A stretch of DNA of 24,000 nt. It comes from Inediibacterium massiliense. GTDB lineage: Bacteria; Bacillota; Clostridia; Peptostreptococcales; Thermotaleaceae. Where the stretch lies: NCBI RefSeq assembly GCF_001282725.1, contig NZ_LN876586.1:97464-121463 (forward strand). The letters are read 5' to 3'. The notes under the pieces are model-generated. The model did no database searches and was not told the DNA's origin. It saw only the letters and a list, made by a program, of their open reading frames with translations. Both the position numbers and the translations under genes were made by a program. Positions within the stretch are counted from its first letter, which is position 1, and every line of letters begins with the position of its first letter. Shown here one piece after another: positions 8,194-14,806 of this stretch.

Positions 8194-8221
8194 ACTATTT
8201 TAAATAGTTTATCTTTTTATA
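8181..8221. terminator. Bidirectional intrinsic terminator: perfect 20-bp inverted repeat shared by the convergent agrD and agrC ends
   Basis: TATAAAAAGATAAACTATTT (8181-8200) and AAATAGTTTATCTTTTTATA (8202-8221) are exact reverse complements around nt 8201. The inner 13-bp stem is flanked by an A5 tract and a T5 tract, so it can terminate transcription in both directions. Confidence 0.75.
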
Positions 8222-9495
8222 ATTAATTCAATATGAAATAAATGATCTTCGATAAATGTATTTAGGTCTATATTTTTATATTTTTTCTCTTGAAATTCTT
8301 TTACTATACTTAAACCAAGGCCACTATGATCAACTTTATTTGAATACCCATCTTCAAATAGCTTGTGTAGTTTAGGCTTTTCTTTATAAGAATTTGAAAT
8401 AATGATGTAAATTTCATTTACATCATTGATTATTCCCAAATTAATAGTCTTGTCATTAGATTCTAAACTTGCTTCTATAGCATTATCTATTAATATTCCC
8501 AAAATTCTACAAATATCAATCTGCTTTATTACAAAATCTTCTATTTCATTTAAAATATTTAAATTGAAATAAATTCCATTATATATAATTTCTGAGATTT
8601 TAATGCTGAGTAATCCTTTAACAGGGATATCGTTTATATTGGCTAAATGATACATATTATTATGATTTATTTTATAATTTTTTAAAATTTGTTTATAAAA
8701 ATACTCTTTTAATCCTTGTATATCTTCAGTTTGTAGATATCCTTCTATAGTTTTGAGAATATTATTAAAATCATGTTTATACTTTTTTGTATTTTCAAGA
8801 GATTTTTCAATAATATTGCTATATATTTCTAAATGTTTTTTTTCTATTCTTTCAATATGTAACCTATTCAAAATAAAAAATATTATAAAGTGTACAATAA
8901 GAATGCAACTAAATATTGTAATTAATATAAAAAAATATTCATTTAATTTCTGACTATATAAATTTAAAAAAATCAATGTAATTACATAACTTATAATTAT
9001 AAAAATGCAATACATAAAAACTGCCAATTTGTCTTCTTTAGTTAAATAGTTACTAAAATTTACGAGGTTCAATTTTGATAGAAGATAAGAAATACTTATA
9101 AAGCAAGTTATTAAAGATAGATTTAATACAATCATGATATATATTTGGTTATTAAAATAATTCATGATCTTTAATTTATAAATAAGTAGATATCCCATAA
9201 TATTATCACTAAAAATAAAGACTATAAAAGTTAATATAAAATAATTTAAAAATAAAACATTTTTATTTGAATATATTTTATATGCTGAGAGCATAAAGAC
9301 AACATAATAAATTCCTAGTTGTATAGCTGTATTTTTTATATAAAAGGCTAGAAGTAATCGAAAAAATGAAATAGCTATAATGAAAAGTATTTCTTTTAAT
9401 TTACTAATTTTATAATTTCCAAGTCTTTTCAATATATATGTATAAGAATACATGACAAAAAAATTAGATGTAAAGTTTAATAAGGAATTATACAA
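8209..9495 (-). CDS. agrC: AgrC-like (HPK10 family) quorum-sensing sensor histidine kinase
   Basis: The N-terminal half is polytopic, with about 6 TM helices. H-box KHDFNNILKTIEGYL, N-box LIDNAIEAS and G-box HSGLGLSIV are typical of AgrC/ComD/PlnB-type kinases. It has a TTG start and overlaps the upstream LytTR ORF by 8 nt. Confidence 0.85.
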   Translation of the reverse strand: MYNSLLNFTSNFFVMYSYTYILKRLGNYKISKLKEILFIIAISFFRLLLAFYIKNTAIQLGIYYVVFMLSAYKIYSNKNVLFLNYFILTFIVFIFSDNIMGYLLIYKLKIMNYFNNQIYIMIVLNLSLITCFISISYLLSKLNLVNFSNYLTKEDKLAVFMYCIFIIISYVITLIFLNLYSQKLNEYFFILITIFSCILIVHFIIFFILNRLHIERIEKKHLEIYSNIIEKSLENTKKYKHDFNNILKTIEGYLQTEDIQGLKEYFYKQILKNYKINHNNMYHLANINDIPVKGLLSIKISEIIYNGIYFNLNILNEIEDFVIKQIDICRILGILIDNAIEASLESNDKTINLGIINDVNEIYIIISNSYKEKPKLHKLFEDGYSNKVDHSGLGLSIVKEFQEKKYKNIDLNTFIEDHLFHIELIIKR

Positions 9496-9874
9496 TAGCA
9501 GTCAACCCCTTTAAACCACTCCTAGATAATAGACTTTTCTGTCCGTTTTTCATTAAAATATACAAATCATATGGATCTTTATTAATCATTTGAATATAAT
9601 CTGTATTAATTAAACAAGCTCTATGAGATTGATAAAATCTTTTATCTAGCACAGATGAAAGATCTTTAAGTTTTCCATAAAACTCTATCTGACTATTCAA
9701 AGTAGTTACTCTTATTTTATGATTGATTCCTGTCATTTGAAAGTCTATGATTTCATCAAAATTTAGAATATAAGTTCTACTCCCTTTTTGAATGGTTATG
9801 GACTTTTGGTCTTTTTCTATATCTTTTCTTTTGAAATTATTCAAAATAGAGCAAAAAAAGGGACAGTTAAACAT
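9488..9874 (-). CDS. agrA: AgrA-like LytTR DNA-binding domain only; receiver domain absent (probable 5'-truncated agrA remnant)
   Basis: QIEFYGKLKDLSSVLDKRFYQSHRACLIN closely parallels S. aureus AgrA QIEFYGNLKELSQLDDRFFRCHNSFVVN. The ORF has only 128 codons. An in-frame stop (plus-strand 9941-9943) lies 22 codons upstream of the ATG, with no alternative start between them. No Shine-Dalgarno motif precedes the ATG (GATTTATTATTCTTAATG). Confidence 0.65.
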   Translation of the reverse strand: MFNCPFFCSILNNFKRKDIEKDQKSITIQKGSRTYILNFDEIIDFQMTGINHKIRVTTLNSQIEFYGKLKDLSSVLDKRFYQSHRACLINTDYIQMINKDPYDLYILMKNGQKSLLSRSGLKGLTAIV

Positions 9875-9903
9875 TAAGAATAATAAATCATAAAATACAA
9901 AAA

Positions 9904-9929
9904 CTACTCCTAAACGAAGAAAGGAGTAG
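9904..9929. promoter_or_regulatory. Hairpin with a possible dual role: it sequesters the Y1-gene ribosome-binding site on plus-strand RNA, and it is terminator-like on minus-strand RNA
   Basis: An 8-bp stem pairs CTACTCCT (9904-9911) with AGGAGTAG (9922-9929) around a 10-nt loop. The 3' arm contains the AGGAG that serves the ATG at 9937. On the minus strand the hairpin is followed by TTTTTGTATTTT (plus-strand 9892-9903). Confidence 0.45.
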
Positions 9930-9936
9930 CTTTTAT

Positions 9937-10833
9937 ATGCCTAGAGCAGCACGAATAAAAAATGAAGAAGGAATTTATCATATTATGTGTCGAAGTATAA
10001 GTGAAGTTAATTTATTTTTAGAGGATCAAGATAAAATCAAATATTTTCAGTTGATTCAAAAATATAAAGAGAAGTTTCGATTCAAGGTATATGCATATTG
10101 TTTAATGGATAATCATGGACACCTAATTATAGATTGTAATGGAGTAGATATATCTAAAATTATGCATAGTATTAATTTTTGCTACGCTCAATATTTTAAT
10201 AGGAAATATAATAGACATGGACATTTATTTCAAGATAGATTCAAGAGCAAACTGATCAAGGATGAAAAATATTTGATTACATTATCTGCTTATATTCATA
10301 ATAATCCTAAGGATTTATCTGATTATAAATATCAAGTAGAAAGATATCAATTTTCTAGTTTAAATGATTATATAAAAGAAACAAATAGCTTTGAAATATT
10401 AGATACTTCTTTTCTAATTCAATTACTTAATTTAAATAATAAGAAAAATAAACGAGCATATATTGAATTTGTAAAAAAATGTGAAAGTGAAGATGATCCT
10501 ATTGATGTAGAATTTGAAAGTGTTGAAAATGTATATAAAAGTGAAAGAAAAATTCTTTCAAGGCATTATACAGGAGAACAAGTCATAGAAATAGTAGCTA
10601 AATATTTAGATATAGAGGAAAATAGAGTACATGTAAAATACAAAAGGCAATATGTAAAATTAAGAGCTATTAGTTGTTTTTTGATGAGTTGCTATTGTAA
10701 TATGAAGCAAAAAAATATATGCGAATTAATCGGAAATATTAGCCAAACTAGAGTGTCAAGTTTATCTATGATAGGAATGAAAATGGCGTTTGAAGAACAG
10801 AAATTATTAGATAAGTTTTTAAAAAGTGCTTAG
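9937..10833 (+). CDS. Y1 (HUH) transposase-like protein of the IS200/RayT (COG1943) type, fused to a DnaA-domain-IV-like HTH
   Basis: The N-terminal pattern is GIYHIMCRSISEVNLF ... YAYCLMDNHGHLII (HUH motif HGH) ... YFNRKYNRHGHLFQDRFKSKLI ... YIHNNP. The C-terminal 90 aa (RQYVKLRAISCFLMSCYCNMKQKNICELIGNISQTRVSSLSMIG) resemble the DnaA C-terminal DNA-binding fold. Confidence 0.8.
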   Translation: MPRAARIKNEEGIYHIMCRSISEVNLFLEDQDKIKYFQLIQKYKEKFRFKVYAYCLMDNHGHLIIDCNGVDISKIMHSINFCYAQYFNRKYNRHGHLFQDRFKSKLIKDEKYLITLSAYIHNNPKDLSDYKYQVERYQFSSLNDYIKETNSFEILDTSFLIQLLNLNNKKNKRAYIEFVKKCESEDDPIDVEFESVENVYKSERKILSRHYTGEQVIEIVAKYLDIEENRVHVKYKRQYVKLRAISCFLMSCYCNMKQKNICELIGNISQTRVSSLSMIGMKMAFEEQKLLDKFLKSA

Positions 10834-10908
10834 GGTCAAATAAATATCATATGAAATGAAGGGTTTATTTTGAGTGCTCAAAAACAAAATATTATCTAAT
10901 AAGATAGT

Positions 10909-10936
10909 CTTTTATCTAATGATAAAGGATTTTTTT
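10909..10936 (+). terminator. Rho-independent terminator after the Y1 transposase-like gene
   Basis: Stem CTTTTATC, loop TAAT, stem GATAAAGG (8 bp with one G-U pair), followed by A plus T7. Confidence 0.55.
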
Positions 10937-10944
10937 GTTGAAGA

Positions 10945-11077
10945 ATTATAATGATTAAAAACAATTAACCGTCCCTAACTGTACTATAATGATTAAAAAC
11001 AATTAACCGTCCCTAACTGTAAAAACAATTAACCGTCCCTAACTGTCACCTAACTGTCCCTAACTGTACCTAACTGT
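10945..11077 (-). repeat. Tandem repeat array carrying nine LytTR/AgrA-type boxes: 2 x 38 bp (37/38 identical), then a 26-bp partial unit, then 11-, 10- and 10-bp units
   Basis: The plus strand reads ATTATAATGATTAAAAACAATTAACCGTCCCTAACTGT, repeated with one mismatch. This is followed by AAAAACAATTAACCGTCCCTAACTGT, CACCTAACTGT, CCCTAACTGT and ACCTAACTGT. On the minus strand there are six exact ACAGTTAGG boxes and three ACGGTTAAT boxes. The two full units each end in a -10-like hexamer on the minus strand (TATAAT at 10950-10945, TATAGT at 10988-10983). Confidence 0.9.
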
Positions 11078-11123
11078 ATTCCTATATATAAGTTTACGTT
11101 ATAGATATATTATAAATCATAAT

Positions 11124-11152
11124 TTGAGATTATAATAAATGGGTGGTAATAT
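11124..11152 (+). promoter_or_regulatory. Candidate sigma-A promoter for the sulfite-reductase-like gene
   Basis: TTGAGA (11124-11129), a 17-nt spacer, then TGgTAATAT (extended -10, hexamer 11147-11152). It lies about 75 nt upstream of the ATG at 11226. Confidence 0.4.
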
Positions 11153-11225
11153 AAAAATACAATAAAAATATGAAGTTTATTATAGCTTTGAATATGATTT
11201 TATGAAAATATAAGGAGGCTTATAT

Positions 11226-12110
11226 ATGAAAGTTAAGTTGACTACTGAAGAAATTGCTAGGTTAAAAGGACAAGGATTTATTTTGCAAAGAGATCAACAA
11301 TATTTTGTATGCAGAGTGATTACAGTAGATGGAAATTTAAATGAAAAGGAAGCCAAAAAAGTTGCAGATATTGCAAAAAAATATGGTAAAGGATATATGA
11401 GTTTTACAATGAGATTGACAGTTGAAATTCCGGGGATAGAGTATGAAAATATTGAAAAGGTTAAAGAAGAATTAAAAGAAGTGGGACTGTACTCAGGAGG
11501 AACAGGAGCAAGAGTAAGGCCTATCGTAGCTTGTAAGGGGACAGTCTGTAAATTCGGTCTGCTAGATACTCAGAATTTGAGCCGTAAAATTCATGAAAGA
11601 TTTTATTTAGGATGGTATGATGTAGCTCTTCCTCATAAATTTAAAATATGTGTGGGAGGCTGTCCAAATAATTGTGCAAAGCCTGATTTGAATGATATTG
11701 GAATCATGGGCCAGAAAAAACCTCAGGTTGATTTAGATTTGTGCAGAGGTTGTAAAAAATGTAATGTAGAAAGTGTCTGTAGAGTGGGGGCAGCAAAGGT
11801 AGTAGACGGGAAAATCAAAATAGATGCAGACAAATGCATTCATTGTGGATTGTGTATAGATGCATGTCATTTTAATGCTTTTCAAATTGGTCAAGAGGGA
11901 GTAAAGATTTTTATAGGAGGCATGTGGGGAAAAGAGCCTCATATAGGAGAATCATTTGATAAAATATTTACAGAGGAAGAAGCTATGGATATGATAGAAA
12001 AAATCATATTGTATTATAAAGAAAAGGGTATGCATAAAGAAAGATTTGGAAAAATGGTTCAAAGAATAGGTTTTGAAAAAGTAGAAAAAGATTTATTGCA
12101 GGATCAATAA
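11226..12110 (+). CDS. Small nitrite/sulfite-reductase-family protein (siroheme/4Fe-4S domain) with an inserted 2x[4Fe-4S] ferredoxin module; AsrC/Dsr-like
   Basis: Cys clusters ACKGTVCKFG and CVGGCPNNCAKPDLNDIG match the SiR-type cluster/siroheme pattern. Ferredoxin motifs are CRGCKKCNVESVC and CIHCGLCIDAC. The RBS AAGGAGG lies 7 nt before the ATG. Confidence 0.75.
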   Translation: MKVKLTTEEIARLKGQGFILQRDQQYFVCRVITVDGNLNEKEAKKVADIAKKYGKGYMSFTMRLTVEIPGIEYENIEKVKEELKEVGLYSGGTGARVRPIVACKGTVCKFGLLDTQNLSRKIHERFYLGWYDVALPHKFKICVGGCPNNCAKPDLNDIGIMGQKKPQVDLDLCRGCKKCNVESVCRVGAAKVVDGKIKIDADKCIHCGLCIDACHFNAFQIGQEGVKIFIGGMWGKEPHIGESFDKIFTEEEAMDMIEKIILYYKEKGMHKERFGKMVQRIGFEKVEKDLLQDQ

Positions 12111-12111
12111 A

Positions 12112-12153
12112 ATATGCTCATTTTCCTTTGAGGAAAATGAGCATATTTCTTTT
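12112..12153 (+). terminator. Rho-independent terminator
   Basis: A perfect 15-bp stem pairs ATATGCTCATTTTCC with GGAAAATGAGCATAT around loop TTTGA, followed by TTCTTTT. Confidence 0.85.
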
Positions 12154-12219
12154 GACACAAGGACTAAAACATATGAGTATAATAAAATATAAATAAATGG
12201 ATAGAAGGAGGAATTTTAA

Positions 12220-12348
12220 TTGGCCCTTTCGGAAAATGTTCAACATGATTTATTGTTAGTAATTACTTCTATGTTATTTATTCTATTTGTTACAGGTTGT
12301 GCAGGTCCTTCTGAAATATCTGAGGAACCAACTATTATTCCAGGATAA
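12220..12348 (+). CDS. Possible 42-codon small lipoprotein-like ORF (not in the track)
   Basis: AAGGAGG at 12205-12211, then TTG at 12220. Translation: (M)ALSENVQHDLLLVITSMLFILFVTGCAGPSEISEEPTIIPG, with a lipobox-like FVTG-C. Against the call: the n-region has no positive charge, and the start is non-ATG. Confidence 0.3.
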   Translation: MALSENVQHDLLLVITSMLFILFVTGCAGPSEISEEPTIIPG

Positions 12349-12388
12349 GATATTGATCGAATAAACTTATAAAAAGGAGGAAAGATCA

Positions 12389-12721
12389 GTGGTTTCAAAG
12401 GATCCAATGGATTTGCTTCTAAAAAAAGTAATGGAAGGGTTTGGGATAAAAGAAGAATATGAAAACATCAATAAAAGTAGTAAAAATAAAAATTGTAATC
12501 AATCTAATTTGAAGCCGGGACAGATATTAGTAATTGCAGCATTGTTAGGGGGTGTATTAGAAGTAGACTCTATTTTAATAGATAAAGATCAAATTGTACA
12601 AATTCTTTTGACCGGATCACTAAAAAGACCAAAGGCTAAAACACAATTAGAACAAATTATGGATCAAGTGGGATGTATGCCTTTTGATCAAGTGATGAAA
12701 AATTTACTAGGCAGATATTGA
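12389..12721 (+). CDS. Hypothetical protein (110 aa), no family recognised
   Basis: A GTG start lies 8 nt after AAGGAGG. The ORF has coding-like composition. I could not assign any motif. Confidence 0.55.
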   Translation: MVSKDPMDLLLKKVMEGFGIKEEYENINKSSKNKNCNQSNLKPGQILVIAALLGGVLEVDSILIDKDQIVQILLTGSLKRPKAKTQLEQIMDQVGCMPFDQVMKNLLGRY

Positions 12722-13174
12722 TGAAAAAAGTATATTTTTATATGGATAAATGAGTCTCAATAAATAATGGACAAGCATCGGAAAAATTCTGAAAATAAAG
12801 AAAAATAGATATAAAGAAATATTAAAATATAGTATTTTCAACAAAGGAGACAATGAATTACAAATAAACAAGTGAAAATTTTAATAAACCTAGCATATAA
12901 GTATGTAAAAATGAAAGATGATATGATATAATAGATAAAAAAATGAAGGAAATGGAAAAGAAACCATCATATACTATCTTCTAAGAGGATGAAAATAAAA
13001 TGCATTATACTTAATCTAAAATCATTCAAAAGGTAAATATGCAGATAAGTCTATAAATTTTAAGATAGTTATGCATGATAAAAAAATTTTTTTCATATAT
13101 TTGAGAAAAGGGGGGGGATTTTGAATTTGTATCATTTTGTAAGACCACAAAGAAAAATTAAGGGGGAAAAAATA

Positions 13175-14164
13175 ATGAGAAAAAAAATGAAACTATTATC
13201 AGTATTCACAATATGTGCTATGATTGCAGGGTTATTAGGAGGATGTGGAGGACAAACACAAGATACAAGTAATGAGGCTCAACAAGTTTTTGTCAATATT
13301 GGAACAGGCGGAACAGCAGGTACATATTTCCCATTAGGGGGAGCTTTTGCTGAAATATGGAACAATAACATAAAAGGAGTTAATGCTACTGCTCAAAGTA
13401 CAGGAGCATCTGTAGCCAATATTAACTTATTAAAAGATAAAAAAGTAGAAGTTGTAATTGTACAAAATGACGTTGCTTGGTATACAGAAAATGGAGAAGA
13501 AATGTTTAAGGATGCTAAATATGCAAACATTAGAGGGTTAACCACTATGTATAGTGAACCTCTTCAAATCATTACTACAGATCCAAATATTAAAAGTGTA
13601 GGAGATTTAAAGGGCAAAAATGTTGCTGTAGGAGCTATTGGTAGTGGAGTGGAAGCAAACGCTAGACAAATTATAGCTGCTGCTGGAATGGATTTTGAAA
13701 AAGATATCAATGCAAAATTTTTATCTTTCTCAGAAGCATCATCAGGTCTTAAAGATAAACAAGTAGATGCTGCATTTTTAACAGCAGGAATTCCAACAGC
13801 TGCAATTCAAGATTTGGGAGCTCAAAATGATGTACACGTAGTACCTGTAGATGGAGAAGTAGCAGATAAATTATTAAATAAATACAAATTCTTTACAAAG
13901 TTTACTATTCCTGCAAACACTTATAAAGGTCAAACAGAAGATATACAAACTTTAACAGTAAAAGCAATGCTTGCTGTAAATGCTGATTTGGATGAAGACT
14001 TAGTATATCAACTTGTAAAAACTCTTTATGACAATCATGATAGAATAGTAGCAGCTCACAATGTAGGAAAAAATATTACAAAAGACACAGGGTTAGAAGG
14101 AATGTCTATTACATTACATCCTGGAGCTGAAAAATACTTTAAAGAGGAAGGATTATTAAAGTAA
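13175..14164 (+). CDS. TAXI-family TRAP transporter solute-binding lipoprotein
   Basis: The ATG at 13175 follows AGGGGGA. The signal peptide MRKKMKLLSVFTICAMIAGLLGGC has a lipobox. The pattern NIGTGGTAGTYFPLGGAFAEIWN ... HPGAEKYFKE is characteristic of TAXI (TIGR02122-type) binding proteins. The context is DUF1850 plus a fused TRAP permease. Confidence 0.9.
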   Translation: MRKKMKLLSVFTICAMIAGLLGGCGGQTQDTSNEAQQVFVNIGTGGTAGTYFPLGGAFAEIWNNNIKGVNATAQSTGASVANINLLKDKKVEVVIVQNDVAWYTENGEEMFKDAKYANIRGLTTMYSEPLQIITTDPNIKSVGDLKGKNVAVGAIGSGVEANARQIIAAAGMDFEKDINAKFLSFSEASSGLKDKQVDAAFLTAGIPTAAIQDLGAQNDVHVVPVDGEVADKLLNKYKFFTKFTIPANTYKGQTEDIQTLTVKAMLAVNADLDEDLVYQLVKTLYDNHDRIVAAHNVGKNITKDTGLEGMSITLHPGAEKYFKEEGLLK

Positions 14165-14179
14165 GGAGATTGAAAGGAT

Positions 14180-14692
14180 TTGGACATAAAGAGAGTGAGC
14201 AGATGGAAAATCATTGTTTTGTGTATTTTAATTGTAGGATTGATTTTGATTAGGAATATGAAATGTGAAAAGGTATTAGTAGTTGAAGATGTAGATGAAC
14301 ATGTAAAAAATGAATTCATCCTCTTGGATCCAAAGTTTACTATTGGATATACACATTCTGTATTACTGACTCCAGTAGAAGAATTTTTTCAAGTGAAGGA
14401 TAGTCATAAGTTATTTCTTTATGAAACCATATATGAATCCTTTGGAGTAGGGCTTCCTTATTCACAAGAAGAAGGAGATTTTCAGATAAAGGATGGAAAG
14501 TTTATATTAAAAATACAAAGAAATTTTGATGCGATTCATTTAAGAGTATCACCAATTCCTAAACATTGGTTATCTGTTGGAGATCATCGATATGAACTTA
14601 TAGATTTAGTAAAGAAACCTGATGATCTGATTAAAATTTATGTGGTAGATAGATGGGTCTTAAAGATTGGCAAAGATTATAAAACTTTTTAA
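14180..14692 (+). CDS. DUF1850-type small membrane-anchored protein of TAXI-TRAP operons
   Basis: It has an N-terminal TM anchor (WKIIVLCILIVGLILI) and the pattern FTIGYTHSVLLTPVEEFF. Its position between the TAXI binding protein and the fused permease is the usual DUF1850 arrangement. The start (TTG at 14180) is uncertain. Confidence 0.7.
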   Translation: MDIKRVSRWKIIVLCILIVGLILIRNMKCEKVLVVEDVDEHVKNEFILLDPKFTIGYTHSVLLTPVEEFFQVKDSHKLFLYETIYESFGVGLPYSQEEGDFQIKDGKFILKIQRNFDAIHLRVSPIPKHWLSVGDHRYELIDLVKKPDDLIKIYVVDRWVLKIGKDYKTF

Positions 14693-14705
14693 TGTTGTTT
14701 ATTCT

Positions 14706-14731
14706 CAAACCTCTTTTTAAAAAGGGGTTTG
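14706..14731 (+). other. Intra-operon hairpin between DUF1850 and the TRAP permease gene
   Basis: CAAACCTCTTTTT pairs with AAAAAGGGGTTTG (one G-U pair). A perfect 10-bp palindrome GGGTATACCC follows immediately (14731-14740). There is no clear T-run. Confidence 0.35.
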
Positions 14732-14806
14732 GGTATACCCTTTATATTAAAGTTGAAGATAAAAATGTTTAAAGACAAGAGAAGATGTTGGGAAAGGGGA
14801 TAAGAA

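Noticed and set aside
10945-11077. Possible CRISPR array or minisatellite.
   Set aside because: The units abut directly with no unique spacers. The period collapses from 38 to 26 to 10-11 bp. No cas genes are present. The repeat core matches a transcription-factor operator instead.
9890-11077. Calling the Y1-transposase gene plus flanks a complete IS200/IS605-type mobile element, with the repeat array as its right end.
   Set aside because: I found no matching subterminal hairpins at the two ends, no tnpB and no second copy in the window. The array consists of direct repeats rather than the imperfect palindromes used by Y1 transposases. Only the CDS is annotated, and mobility is left open.
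10966-11077. The minus-strand TTAGGG repeats resemble telomeric hexamers. A DnaA-box reading (TTATCCACA) of the heptamer TAACYGT was also considered, given the DnaA-C-like domain next door.
   Set aside because: The TTAGGG units are spaced 10 bp apart rather than in tandem, and this is a bacterial context. TAACYGT/ACRGTTA does not match the DnaA-box consensus beyond two or three positions. The AgrA-box match is exact over 9 nt and fits the genomic context.
12722-13174. A non-coding stretch of about 450 bp upstream of the TAXI-TRAP operon, examined for a riboswitch, small RNA or small ORFs.
   Set aside because: It is very AT-rich and has only short, imperfect AT hairpins. I could not identify any recognisable riboswitch core, convincing promoter-terminator pair or RBS-preceded ORF by eye. 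A covariance-model scan would be needed to say more.
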